In this document: positions 52,006-64,000 of the stretch, piece by piece
How positions within the stretch are numbered: the first letter of the stretch is position 1
Layout: the number at the start of each line of letters is the position of its first letter
Assembly (NCBI GenBank): GCA_000320545.1
Contig: ADNK01000495.1
Coordinates: 30,103-94,102 of the forward strand
Length of the DNA stretch: 64,000 bases
Direction of reading: 5' to 3'
Source: Bigelowiella natans CCMP2755
Taxonomy: Eukaryota; Protista; Cercozoa
Notes under the pieces: model-generated
Database searches by the model: none
What the model was told of the DNA's origin: nothing
The model's input: only the letters and a program-made list of their open reading frames with translations
Translations under genes and position numbers: made by a program

Positions 52006-54112
52006 GGGGGGGAAGGGGAAGGGGGGGAAAAAGATAAAGCTACTGAAACAATCGTTTGAAGGAATAGTTTTCATTCTCCTTATTACATGTCTAAGATCGG
52101 GATTCCTAGCCTCTTAACCGATTCGTAGTTAATTTTTGCGTCAGCCTTTAAAGACAACACAGTTATTTGTCAATATTATCATCCTTAAGCATTTCTAGGG
52201 CTCGTTATTCTAGGTTGAGGATTCGTTGTTTTCGTCTTCGCTAACTTCGGCTGCGACTGCAGATGCTAATATTACTTTATATGACTCTGGTTTGGCCAGA
52301 AGGACGACTTGCACATCTGCTCCCGCTGCATTCTGAGAAGTAGTAACTTAGGCCTTCGTTTGCTTTTGTATTTGGAGGATATAACAAACTCTCCTCCTCC
52401 TCCTCCTCCTCCTCCTCCTCCACCCTTAATCCACCCCATTTCGCCCCATCACCCCACTACAAACTCAAATGCCATCGCCATCTTCATCGTGAATCATCAT
52501 CGTCATAAGCAGCGCCATACCGCATGTCGTGCAACAACGAATCCATCGCCTCCGTTGTTCCCTATTTCCAGGATTATATGTAGGCCGCAATTTTACAAAA
52601 GAACAACGCATCGTCACGATGCGCTCGCGCGCATATCATTGTACACATAGGCACCTGGCCCGGCGAAGACCAAGACCTTGGAGCCAAGGCCGACCTCATA
52701 TCTTTCTACCTTTTTGATTCAACAGAGGAATAATGCAGCAGCACCATCTTCCACTCAGGATAACACTTGAGAACCACAACTATTGCTAACGAACAGCTTC
52801 TATTTAATTTTGTTTTGTAGAATTCGTTGATGGCACAACTTAATGATAAGAAAATTAACACGATCAGGTATCACGCAACATCATCGTAGCTCATTTGCAT
52901 GTGGGTGATGTGACAGTAGAAACGAGAGATGGGTAATTAAACAATGAGGTGTGAAAAATCATGTAACTTTCGCAACAAGAAGGATAGCGCCATATTGTAA
53001 TATAAGCAATCGATGTTTTTGGTATTAATATTTCATGAAAAAACCATCAAGTAATCGATAGCAAAGTTTGAGTAATCACCATCTTATTTTGAATTACTAC
53101 TCTTGTAAACTACCAGATGGCGAAAGGATGCTAATCCAGCGCTCTGGTTTCAACAACCACAACCACAACCACAATCACAATCACAATCACAATCACAATC
53201 ACAATCACAACTACTCTCAAAAATGTAGAGGGTATGAGTCTCTAGACGAGCTGCTTTCAGTAGATAGCAGGAGCAAGGAAAACATCCTCCATATGTGTGA
53301 TATTAATCGTTACACCTTTAATACTATATACATACGGTCTTCCCACAACCTCCATCAACAAGATACTCGGGATCCCGTATTTCTCAGTTGCCCCAGCATC
53401 AAGTGCTTGCATTTCACTGACGGTTGCAACCTGAGACGCATTATATGGGCCGATATTGAGCTAATTTGAAATAAATGAGTAGACTCTAATGAAAACCGAC
53501 AGCACATTGAAGAGCATATTTCTTCGGCATGCTTCTCATTTCTACCAAGAAACCTTATGCATTGGAATAGGCATCGATCGGCCCAGAGAATGGCTACTAC
53601 ATGTTTGCTGACGCTGGCCACCACCTTTTCGGGAAGGTAATATATCAAACGGCAAGCTCTCACGAATCTTTATTGTTAACTACCACCTCCTCGAATCCCA
53701 CGGTAGTGACCGAGTCTCTGATATATGTGAGAATAAAACATGTCAAAGAAAAATGAAACTGTATAATACTGGAGCTCCGTGTCGGTGAGAAAGGTAACTC
53801 AAATGTACCCGAAACGAGTGGCACGTTCGTCTTTTATTCGAGTTTACGAGAGTTGCTAACGAGCACTCCGATGATGCCAGGGCGAGTTTCCCTAACCCAC
53901 GCTGAGAACTAGCCGCAGTGTAATGGAGACTAGCTCCCATTTCCTGATGAAAACACTCTCAACAAGAATTGGATGATTCCAATTTTGCACCCCATGTGGA
54001 GGAGTGTAGGGCAGACCGTAGCGTTGGTTGAGCCGGAAAATACGCAAACGAAGAAGATGCCCGCAGCAAGAGAGGACACAGACAAGCTAGTGTACGCAGC
54101 AAAGGTTGTCAT
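47760..54112 (-). CDS. nnr: Bifunctional NAD(P)H-hydrate repair enzyme (YjeF_N epimerase + YjeF_C dehydratase) with bipartite presequence, more than 20 exons
   Basis: MHK|[27 protein letters not shown]|[11 protein letters not shown]|[32 protein letters not shown]; then [13 protein letters not shown]|[65 protein letters not shown]; stop at 47760-47762. Confidence 0.92.
53153..53210. repeat. Hexanucleotide microsatellite (AACCAC)n(AATCAC)n in an Nnr intron
   Basis: Seen directly. Confidence 0.85.
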
Positions 54113-54953
54113 TAAGATTTACCTCAAACCGACGGATAGAATGGAAAACAAAGAGCAACCTTGTGGCAATGGTGAGCGAACGGGAACGGGCTTTCGGGGA
54201 GAATCCAGTTGTCAATTCACGGAGTCCATCCATAAAGATACTACTCTTATGGGCCTTAACAGAAACAAATGCAAATGTGGGGGGCTTATGGCGAGTATTG
54301 GTTCGGTTTTCGAAGAAAGGAGAGAAAGTATTACAAAGGAGGGCCACACGCGAATGTGCTCGTCGACGGGTTCAGTTCGACGCAGGGTTCTGTCTTCTTG
54401 CCGATCGATGTTCGAATCCCGTGCAAATAAACACGCAACAGTCGTGATTATTGCTCATTCTTACGTTATTATATCAATAAAAAATAGAAACGAAATCTCG
54501 TTCAGGTCTCATCACAAAAATCCGGAAGCAAGAGTATTCAGTTTAGCAGACGAACTTTTCTTAGTCAGATTAAGCATAAGTTTCATCCTACTAAAATCAC
54601 TGTCGAAGCAACATTTACAACAGCTCGATCCTTCTCGGCTTGATTTTGGCGCTAAGCTCTATTGGAATTCTGAGCAGGCCTTGGCGCAACTTGATGGCAT
54701 AAACGAGCACAGATACAGGTGATTTTCACTCTACGACACCTTATTGAAAGCACTGTATGCAGGTGTACGCAATAGCCCACCTCACAAGCACAAGCGCGGA
54801 CATCGAAAAGGCCTTCCAGGATTCACAAGCTCAACTCAAAAAGTACCTCAAGAAGGTCTAATGCTTTGTTGAAATCGCATTTTGACCTCAATACGTTGAA
54901 TGTTGAAGCTTATCAATCTCTGCATGCTTTGGTTGAATAGAAGCTAATAAAAA

Positions 54954-55484
54954 ATGAGTGAAGAAGCTCCTGCTGCTGATTCTGCTTCTGCTACTCCAAC
55001 TGCCACTCCTGTTGCCGCTCCTGCTGCCGCTCCTCCTGCTGCTGCTGCTCCAAAGTCGTCAGAGGAATTTCTTAAAGACAACCTTGAGATGCCAATCGCG
55101 ACTGTTAATAGAATAATCAAGAATGCTTTACCGACCAACACTCAGGTAGAAAAACAAGTGTGCAAAATAGCTTGCTGCATTAAAATAATCCTTTGCTGGT
55201 AGGTTGCAAGGGATGTGAAGAGTTTGTTTTCAAAAGCTGCAGGAATCTTCATCATATATCTCTCGACGCACGCGAACGAAATATGCCAAGAAAGAAAAAA
55301 GAGCACCATTTCCGCACAGGATGTGCTTGCAGCAGTGCGTGAGATAGAGATGGAAGACTTCCTTCCCTCGTTAGAAAAGTATCTTGAAGATTATAGACAG
55401 AGCAATGCCACGAAGAAACGTGCAAAGGCTGCGAAAGCTTCTCCAAGCCCTCCACCAGCAAATAAGAAACAGAAGACTGGTTAA
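54954..55484 (+). CDS. POLE3: Histone-fold protein POLE3/DPB4/CHRAC17 (NF-YB-like); intron 55146-55202
   Basis: LEMPIATVNRIIKNALPTNTQ|VARDVKSLFSKAAGIFIIYLSTHANEIC...STISAQDVLAAVREIEMEDF. Confidence 0.85.
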
Positions 55485-55699
55485 CCTTCCGCGCTCTTCT
55501 CATTATTTCAACAAAATATGTCCTAATTGTATCGATTCCGAAGTAGTAGTGCAAGCTAGCACTGAGTAATGTAGCAGACTTCAAAACGTAAGCTGCGAAA
55601 CAATTGGCACCATCTCTCCATCAGCTTGAATTAGTTTTCAAGCAAAATGATTATTTAGTGTTGCTCTACAATTGAAGAGCTGTAAAATTCACACCTCTA

Positions 55700-56090
55700 C
55701 ACTCACCACTACTTTCGCATGCAGTTCACGTCCACGTATGTTATCAAAGATTAATAGGTATTTGTTTATCGATAGAAATAGAACACTCACACACAATCTG
55801 CTACATCTACACACTCTAATTGTAGAAAAACCATAACGCGACACGCGATTCGATGCGAATAACAAAGATAAGCAATGACCACGGCAAGCTTTGAAAGATG
55901 CGCACTAGATATGTACACACATATTCTCTTTCACATGTGCATGTGGCTAGTATTTGCTGCACATATCTAGATATCTTGTAGATTCGTATATATTCGGCTG
56001 ACATATTGCTACATAAGCTTCAATGCTTGGCATTTGCATGTGTCGAGTTAATGACTTGCAGCGTCAAGTCCATACAAGTAAGAAGCTTTT
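55700..56090. other. Short decayed island between convergent POLE3 and unknown gene
   Basis: catgtgcatgtggctag, gcactagat, tctagatatc and similar words. Confidence 0.4.
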
Positions 56091-56215
56091 TTTAGACTTT
56101 TGCGTTGTTGAAGGCTGGCACAGCCAATTCATAAGCCAGAAAATGAAAGAAATGAAATTGTGAAAAACTATCCATGGAACTTAGTGCTATAAGGCGCATG
56201 ACCTATTGTTTACTT

Positions 56216-57495
56216 TTAGACGACTTCCTCCTCAATATCATTCAATAAATTATTGAGCATTTCCTAATTTCATCCGATAAAAATGCAAAAGAAATTTCGT
56301 TGGTTGGCAACTATGTATGGATTTTGTAAGCTACTACCTTCGATTCGACAGTAACTGGTAGTGAGCCTTGATTGCTTGCCTATGTGATTACGATTTGATG
56401 AATGAAATGACAAATATGTGATCCCTGAGGAAGCATGAAACTCATATCAAATCAAAAGTGCCTATGAGAAATTTGAATCATACCTCTTGGAGTAGGTGGG
56501 ACACATTTACGGCACTAAAGCTCGTATCTCTATTAGTCTTTGAACAAATCCATAATGTTACAAGAGAATTCCATATTTATGAGGACTGAAAATTGTCAAA
56601 GTGATATGATTAATACCGGGAAAATCTTTTGGTCTCCCGAATTTCTTGGGCTATTCACGTCTGGATCAAGATCTTTTAGCATATCCGTAATCGATCCCAT
56701 ACTATGCATGCTTCCCTATAGTTTTATTAATCAGATAAGGTATGACCACAACTACTTCGAATAGAGAACCGTACCTTGTGCTGGGTTGATATTGCGCCTT
56801 CCTTGTTTGTAGCTCCAAATTTCACCGTGTTCTTGTGAACGAGCTCAGAATCCTTTATTATTTTGTTTCTTTCGACGGTTGTCGGCAAGGAGCCACGATG
56901 AGCAGTAAGATACTTCGGTGCTGTAGGGGTTTCCTGTCAGAATATCCAATACATTTTGTAAGAGGGCGGTACTTAAACAGATGTCTAAGCCTTCGCTTCA
57001 CCTTCGCCGGCCCTAGTGCCGCGACTTTTGGTTCTGCTCCTTTCGATTCATCTAATTTCTGACAGCAAATAAAAGGATCATACATTGAATATTAATATAT
57101 GTCAAATATGCACGTATATATTGAGCATTTATTGTGATAATACGTACGTAATACGCACACAAACACACACATAATTTTTGTCTGTATCTAGTGAACTATC
57201 GTTAATAAGTACGTGATGAACCCATACTTATCTTGTATCAGAGTTTACTAGATAGCGATGAAAAATAGTTGTGCATGTGCGTATGTATCTTTCTTAATGA
57301 TATGTAAACATGCACAGACATAAGAACTTCTGAATATGAGATGCATTTTCAAAAATTTAAATATTTATCCTCCTTTCTACGGTGTATGTTTACAACGCTA
57401 TGTGTTTTCAGTACCTCCTCCGCATCTTCTCCTAGAGGAGGCGCGGGCGGCACACCGCCGTTTCTCAGCCGATCACATCCTTGACAAGCTCCCAT
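56216..57495 (-). CDS. Unknown protein of about 180 aa with an N-terminal MGxCxxC acylation-type motif (7 exons)
   Basis: Phase-0 exons MGACQGCDRL...EDAEE|KLDESK...GPAK|ETPTAPK...TQHK|GSMHSMGSITDMLKDL...|TNRDTSFSAVNVSHLLQE|ASNQ...ESK|EMLNNLLNDIEEEVV*. Confidence 0.65.
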
Positions 57496-57654
57496 GGTGG
57501 AGGTGTTCCGTGGTACCTAAAAAAATACTTAGCTGTAAGGTTGTTTCTTAAGCCGAAGCATGATGTGATCGTGAATGCAATTTATTCCACATTGTGATGA
57601 ATGTAAATATGAATACGATATGTTTAAGTAATCCTGAAAGGAGGGTGTGAGTGC

Positions 57655-57698
<44 letters not shown>

Positions 57699-58049
57699 GT
57701 GTTTGTGTTGTGATCCTGTAGCATGTTCGAGTACACTTATCCAATCACGAGTATATGGGGAATTCAGTGTACCAAAATCAATACTGTAGAAGGATCGTAT
57801 TCACAGTCAAATTACGAACACTGTCAAGAGCTTGTTACTTTCTAGATCGCAGCAGCAATCTTCACCATCGCTGGTATCGCTGGTGTTGCAACATCTAACC
57901 AATCCAGAGCAGATTATATCTTCGGATGTTCCCTCCTCACAAATTGTTGCGTTTCTTCTGTCGCTATGATTAAACGTACTGCATTATTTGGACAACCGAA
58001 CACAACTACCGGTTATCCGTTACTGTTCCCATTCACCTCGTAATATGAT

Positions 58050-58500
58050 GTCGTAGGCACGGAATGATGGTGTATTTCTGTATATCTATCACAGTGAAGG
58101 ATGATGCGGTGCATCCAAAGGAAGGACATGTTCTGCAATGCTACGAGTAGATCTACATGTGTGTCACAAGTACGATTGTTAGAGTGCGAAAGGTTGAGGA
58201 AAAGATTTGCCTATTCATGCCTCTATCACTTCATTCATTCCAAATTTCCTAGCGCCCGAAATTTGCATGGGCCACTGCCCTGCACCGTGGATTGGCGCTC
58301 GCTGATGTCCACACTGACCAAGGACACAACGCATCCATTGCGCATGTGCTGCCGTGCGATTGGAAGCGTTGTGCGTCGGTTGCACATCATAATGCTGTGA
58401 TTCGAACGAACAGCAGCATGCAAAGTGAATGACAAGCAAGCGCACATCGGAAACGAAGCAGCTAGAACGTGCTGTGTTCACAGTCGACATCCCTGCATGT
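58050..58500. other. Decayed island downstream of the 59-61 kb gene
   Basis: tgca/catg-rich; adjoins the hairpin cassette. Confidence 0.45.
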
Positions 58501-58502
58501 AG

Positions 58503-58730
58503 CGCGTACCACTACGCGGGCACAAGTCACGTGCGACAACAAAGGGGTTGTCGCGGATATAGAATATAGATAACGTAGATATTAATACAGCATAGGCACG
58601 TGGGTTCCGGCGGGACTCATGGCAGCACACCGGAAGTGTGCTGCCCCACGTGCGGCGGCATTCGCGAAAGCTTCGCGAATGATTACGCAGTGCACGATTT
58701 AATAAAAATATAATCTTTAATAAAAATAAA
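58503..58730. ncRNA. Putative structured RNA/ssDNA element: four perfect hairpins, an enclosing stem and a possible pseudoknot, followed by AATAAA tracts
   Basis: Stems cgcgta/tacgcg, gcgacaac/gttgtcgc, ggcagcacac/gtgtgctgcc, cattcgcgaa/ttcgcgaatg and outer gcacgtgg/ccacgtgc. Function unknown. Confidence 0.4.
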
Positions 58731-58895
58731 CACAACTCTTCAAAAGGAAGCAAACGTGCCTTTCCCCCCCCCTGCCTACTTGTGCACGTAGCGCCTCGGC
58801 CTGTGAACACCTTACGCGCAACAACCTTTGGCTTCCACACACGGGAAACGATTTGACTAACAATGTCACAGCAGCTAGAAGAAGAGAATCAAAGC

Positions 58896-61327
58896 TCATA
58901 CCGGACGTGAATGAAAGTTAATGTCTGGGATGTCAGGAACAAAATTGTCTTGGTATTCGTGATAGGAACACCTCCACAGGCACCGCCGGGACCAGCACCC
59001 GGGATTAAGAAAGCAGATGCAGCAGCAGAGGAAGACAGCACACTCAGCGAAGTAACCAATACTCTGCACGTGCATGATTTTCATTTTAAGGTATCAGTGT
59101 TAAAAACCTGTGCTGTTAACTGGGTAAGGAAACTTGCTGTGAATCAGCGTTGCTTCGAAGTGAGGAATTGGGGCATCTAGAGGGCGCTCCGCATGCTATG
59201 GGGGGGAACGAATCTCATTTATAGTTACAATATTATTTTAATGGTAAATCCATTGCGGATATTGATATCAAACCAACGTTGTCAGGGTATGAGGATATTA
59301 CCGGGAAAAGATTCTCCAGAGTCTCTGTGAAATTTGTTTGCGCCATCTCTTTTCGAAGTTCCCTGAACCTCAATGCCTCCGCCCCCCCTGGATTTCTCAG
59401 CATAGCAATCGTTTCACCAGGGCCACCCCCCACATGTGAGGAGGCATCACGGAGCTTTTCAAGTGGATCTGGTGCCTTGCCTGTGGCTATATGTGGTTTC
59501 TGAGAATACATGTTAACATATATATGAAATTTTTTGGACCTAATGAATAGTGATGTGGAAGGAGGGAATGACGATATGCTAGATATGTGACCAGAACATG
59601 ATTTTTTTCACTAGTAGTCCCTTTTTTCCACCTCCCACATGTTAACGAGAAGGATTAGCTTGAATAGATTACGTATCAAGAATATCAAGGTCTTTTTTGG
59701 TGTAGGGGCCTTCTGTGAATTGGGTGTTGACACTAGATGCAATATTTTTGCCCTCCCCAATGATACGGGTCTCATCATCTTCATCGACATCTTCACTTCT
59801 TTCTCCGAAAGCCTTGATAAAACTCTGCGACATACAAAAATATAGCCCGGGAAGTGAGAATAAGATTACTTGCCTATTTTGATCATAAAGATTGCAAAGA
59901 TATCCCCTTTTTTGCTACCCACCACTACCTCTGAGTAGCCTTTCTTTTTCAAAGACTTAGTAAGCTCTTCTGCAGACCTGGAAAGATGCAGAAGAGAAAA
60001 GTTATATTCTTGCTATTTTTTTAACAAGTCGTACAGCAGGTTCTCCCTTCTCCACACAAATATTACATGTACTCTTGCCGGGTATCCATCCCCTGATTGT
60101 GGCCCGCTTCGGCCTGCATTGCAAGTCGCATTTGAGAGTGTCTTAGCGCCTTGAAGCGCGGCGGACCAGCAAGATCTTCGGATGATTCGCGGTGACGATA
60201 TGCTAAGGGATTCTTTTCCATTGTTGATATTAATCCTGGGTCTACTCTTCCTCTTCCTTGCATTGAGCCATATCTACCCCTCTGAGCCTCGTCGAACTGC
60301 ATCGAATTTGCTCTGGAGGTGAAACAGATTGGCAGGTCACTTACAATTTAGCGAAATGAGTATTATTACAAAAGCTCAGCACCTCCACTGACTTTCCTAT
60401 CAGTCTCCCATTATAATTTATGTCAAAAGGTTGCGGATGATATCGTAACTCGCCTTCACGAGAAATGGGTGCTACATTTTGCTATAAAAAGAATGAAAAA
60501 CTATCGTCTCTGTCAAATGGAGAAACCTTGAGGGAGGTCTTTCATTTGGATTTGGATGTTGTCTCGAAAGCATACTGGACTTGTGTGACCTAGGCAAAGA
60601 TAAGTTACTCTTGAATTCATATACTGTGGCTTATTCCTAAATTTCTTTCTCTCATGTATCAGAACAAATCTTACCGTATTGGAACGACACCTCGTGCCCT
60701 TTCCCTTTCGCGGAATCGATATTCGTGCATAGGATTTTCCTCATGGAAGGAAAATTTAGGTCGCTCCTCCTGAAATCCGTTCCAACTGGCTCCTGTATTC
60801 AGAATACGTGTCAAAATTTCTTGCTGGCAATATGTGCTCGTCATTTGAGGGTGCGGTTCATAAAAAACGACTTTCAAAATCTAAGGTGCTTGATTCACCT
60901 CGGCCATCGTTTACTCTTTCATCAAATAAAGGTGTCTCTGGATATGATGAGAGTGGCCCCAAACCCATAGGATCCAGTTGATTTGAATCTGAAAAGTCGT
61001 TCAGATCTTGCAGGTAACTCTGCTGGGAATAACCTGTGATACATGACGAGTACAAATTCAATTTTTCAACCACGTTTCTGGGAGAAAGCGAAAGGGAAGT
61101 AACCAGTGTCGTGAAAACCAAGCTCGAGAAAGTTATCTGGAAGAGTTTCTGGGTCATTGTAGACCACCTGGACCTTAGGGTTTGTAGACAGTAGACGTCA
61201 AGAGAAGGCAATGTAGATGAGAAAGAGAATATCTTACCCCGACCACAGGTGGTGGTATCCTTGCAAATAGAAACAAGATCCCGATGAACAAAAAATTCAT
61301 CTCTGTCCCGCAAAGAGGCGTGTGCAT
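58896..61327 (-). CDS. Unknown multi-exon protein with signal peptide (3' end uncertain)
   Basis: MHTPLCGTEMNFLFIGILFLFARIPPPVVG|VQVVYNDPETLPDNFLELGFHDT|GYSQQSYLQD... plus downstream in-frame exons (60063-60302 and 59300-59485 regions). No known motif. Confidence 0.55.
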
Positions 61328-61759
61328 TCGTCTGTTATCAAGCTAGCTCATCTTCGGACTTTCCCCCCCCCTGTTGCCGCGACCAGAAATTTAAAAAATT
61401 TAAAAATAAAAGCTGGAATTTTGCGGTGAGACAGGAATCTTTTTGCAGTGCGACATGAATTATAAGTGCTAATTGCGAAAACACACCCTATTGATAACCT
61501 GCGACAACAATCTTTTCGAAAGTCCGGTTCCGACGAATGTACCACGAAACTCTTTGGAGATCTGATCTCATCCGTGGTCATTCCGAAACGGCCTAATTTT
61601 CGAATAACGACTTGCAAATTGTTTGTTTAGAGAGGAAGATAACCTGCATTTTATGGCCTTTCGTAAGTGTTTTTGTGGCAGTTAATGCCTGATTTGTTGT
61701 TGAGAACAACCACCTGCTACAATCTGTGCATCATCGTTTGTTTTGCCAAATCATCATCA

Positions 61760-63539
61760 ATGTTGCGCGCAAGCGGGAAGAGGATTGCAGCGGGCCCAGG
61801 CCTGCTCGCCAGCCGCTGGTGCCATCTGTTGAGAAGGAGGGCTCCTCTTAATATGGCTCTTCGTGGTTTCTGCGATAATGCAGACTCAGAGCCGGATCCG
61901 AGGGAGGAGCCACGTGAGTCGATGGAATACGATGTTGTAATCGTAGGCGGAGGGCCAGCAGGTTCATTCTTTTGATTATGTTCGCCAGGATGTTGTACCG
62001 CTAAGCCATATTGTATAATTAAAAGCTGAAACACAAAGTATACAGCATCGTTCCGAAACAGGCGGCTTAAACAACGATCGAGACTCTGAAAATCGCTAAT
62101 ATTTGTCAGGGTTAGCGGCTGCCATTCAAATAGCAGGAAGCAAGCTGGCAATGAACGACGGGATCAGTGTGTGTGTAGTAGAGAAGGGGGCTGAAATCGG
62201 TCAGGCGAAAGCTAATTAATCGAAGTCTAGAGACAGACATTCACTACCTTCTCATTCTCTCAGGAGCCCATATCCTCTCTGGGAATGTGTTCGACCCGAA
62301 AGCCTTAAACGAGCTTATTCCAGACTGGAAAGAAAAGGATGCTCCTCTTGAAACAGCTGTGACCAAAGATAAATTTCTGTTTCTCACCGAGAAGGTTTGT
62401 CTTTATCTCTGCAGTTATATTCTTCGATGTATCAGCTCCTTAATCAAACCCACGTGTTCCCGTCCTCAGATGGCCTTACCCTGCCCAGTTCCACCCACAT
62501 TGAACAACCACGGCAACTATATCATTAGTCTGGGAAATCTCACTCAGTGGCTTGCCCAACAAGCAGAAGAGCTTGGGGTCAGCAAAGACTATTTCTTCTT
62601 TCCACACCATCATTAAAATAGAGATGATTAACTTTCTATTGGGTGTCCTACACCATTTAACCACTCGCCGCTACAAACTGTGCAGGTGGAGATTTATCCT
62701 GGCTTTGCGGCTAGTGAGCTGCTATTCGATGAGAATGACGCTGTAATAACCGACATTTGTAGAAACCCACAAATACGTTAAAATGAAATGGACATGTGGA
62801 TATTTGAATTCACCTTCATCTCTCTGAATGTGCTCCAATATCCTACTTCTCTCTTGAAACGTTATAATATCGTAGGTTGTAGGCGTTGCTACAAAGGATG
62901 CTGGAATAGGGGCAGCCGGTGAAGGAAAACCACCCTTCCCAAGAGGTAGTTGCCCCCCCGCTGTTGACCTATTTGGGTGAGGGATGAAAAGGGGAAGGGT
63001 GCTGGGGGGGTAAGAAATAGTGGCAAATAGTATCAAAAACTAGAATTTGAAGGGTTTCAATTATGTACGCAAAAGGGGGGGGGGGGGGGGGGTTCCTGCA
63101 CATTATTACACCTCCTATGATCCCTTAGGCATCGAACTTCGTGCTAAGCAAACCCTGTTAGCTGAGGGTGCAAGAGGGAGCCTAAGCGAAGAGGCTATCG
63201 AGAAATATGATCTCCGCAAAGGAAAGGACCCTCAGACGTAAGAATGATTACGCGATAACAGCGAGCACACATAGTAGTATACATGCGTACGGACTTCATA
63301 TTCTCTATTCTCTCAGATAGATACCACTGCATCGTCGAAGAAAGCGAACACCACCATCACCATCATCTTCTTCTTCCTCTTCTCTATCGTCATGATCATC
63401 ATGGTGCAACCTATCTCACAGATACGGCTTGGGAGTGAAAGAGGTCTGGGAGATTGATGAAAAAGTCGCAGAGCCAGGCCTTACTATGCATACTGTGGGA
63501 TGGCCAACGAGCAAGGATACATATGCAGGGTGCTCTCTT

Positions 63540-63586
<47 letters not shown>

Positions 63587-63863
63587 CTAACTCTCTCTTC
63601 TATTCTCCTTCGCAACTCTCTGTGTGTGCAATACGCGTGTATATCTACTGTTCTCTTCTTTTCTTCAAACGCGGATGATGATTACACTCTGTGCGTTCAG
63701 GTCGTTTCTCTACCACATGGCACCGAATCTGGTGCACGTTGGCTACGTCGTTGGCCTGGACTACGCAAATCCTCACACGTCGCCTTACAACGAATTTCAG
63801 ACATGGAAACATCACCCAGAGGTAGGTGTGTGTGTGTGTGTGTATGTGTGTGTGTGTGTGTGC

Positions 63864-63906
<43 letters not shown>

Positions 63907-63958
63907 CATTAAGAAATACCATTAACACTTCCAAAATAAATCAATCGCGTAAATTATG

Positions 63959-64000
<42 letters not shown>
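61760..64000 (+). CDS. ETFDH: Electron transfer flavoprotein-ubiquinone oxidoreductase, mitochondrial (3'-truncated by the window)
   Basis: Presequence, [17 protein letters not shown]|LAAAI..., [11 protein letters not shown]|[59 protein letters not shown]|[39 protein letters not shown]. Confidence 0.97.

Noticed and set aside
53973-54722. 249-aa plus-strand ORF in the Nnr/POLE3 promoter
   Set aside because: It is antisense to Nnr exon 1, has no recognisable motif and spans a divergent promoter. Probably chance, though RNA-seq could revisit it.
60858-61313. 151-aa ORF as an intact CDS
   Set aside because: Only its last third is in the spliced frame; the rest is introns and out-of-frame exons.

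Overview
Eukaryotic nuclear DNA: gene-dense, with GT-AG introns and many microsatellites. Two genes (plastid uL10 and an Nnr/YjeF enzyme) carry bipartite signal-plus-transit presequences, indicating an alga with a secondary plastid. A chlorarachniophyte (Bigelowiella-like) is my inference, not proven. Manual exon stitching gives about 19 protein genes: LPOR-like SDR (5'-truncated), BiP, plastid L10, cactin, mitochondrial S18, a hypothetical multi-exon gene, a mitochondrial EF-hand+CBS protein, cyclophilin, a zf-4CXXC_R1 protein, a nucleolin-like 2xRRM protein, a GT25-like and a second putative glycosyltransferase, BRF1, a formin, a fused NAD(P)HX epimerase/dehydratase, POLE3/DPB4, two unknown genes and ETFDH (3'-truncated). 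The most striking signal is architectural: eight head-to-head gene pairs share short clean promoters, while 3' ends face 0.3-1.4 kb islands saturated with CTAG/TGCA/CATG words, the expected products of methylcytosine deamination in CG and CWG contexts. Two islands hold structured elements: a ~160-bp foldback (5.9 kb) and a four-hairpin/pseudoknot cassette (58.5 kb). No tRNA, rRNA, CRISPR array or intact transposase was recognised. Exon boundaries and word counts were done by eye and need confirmation.
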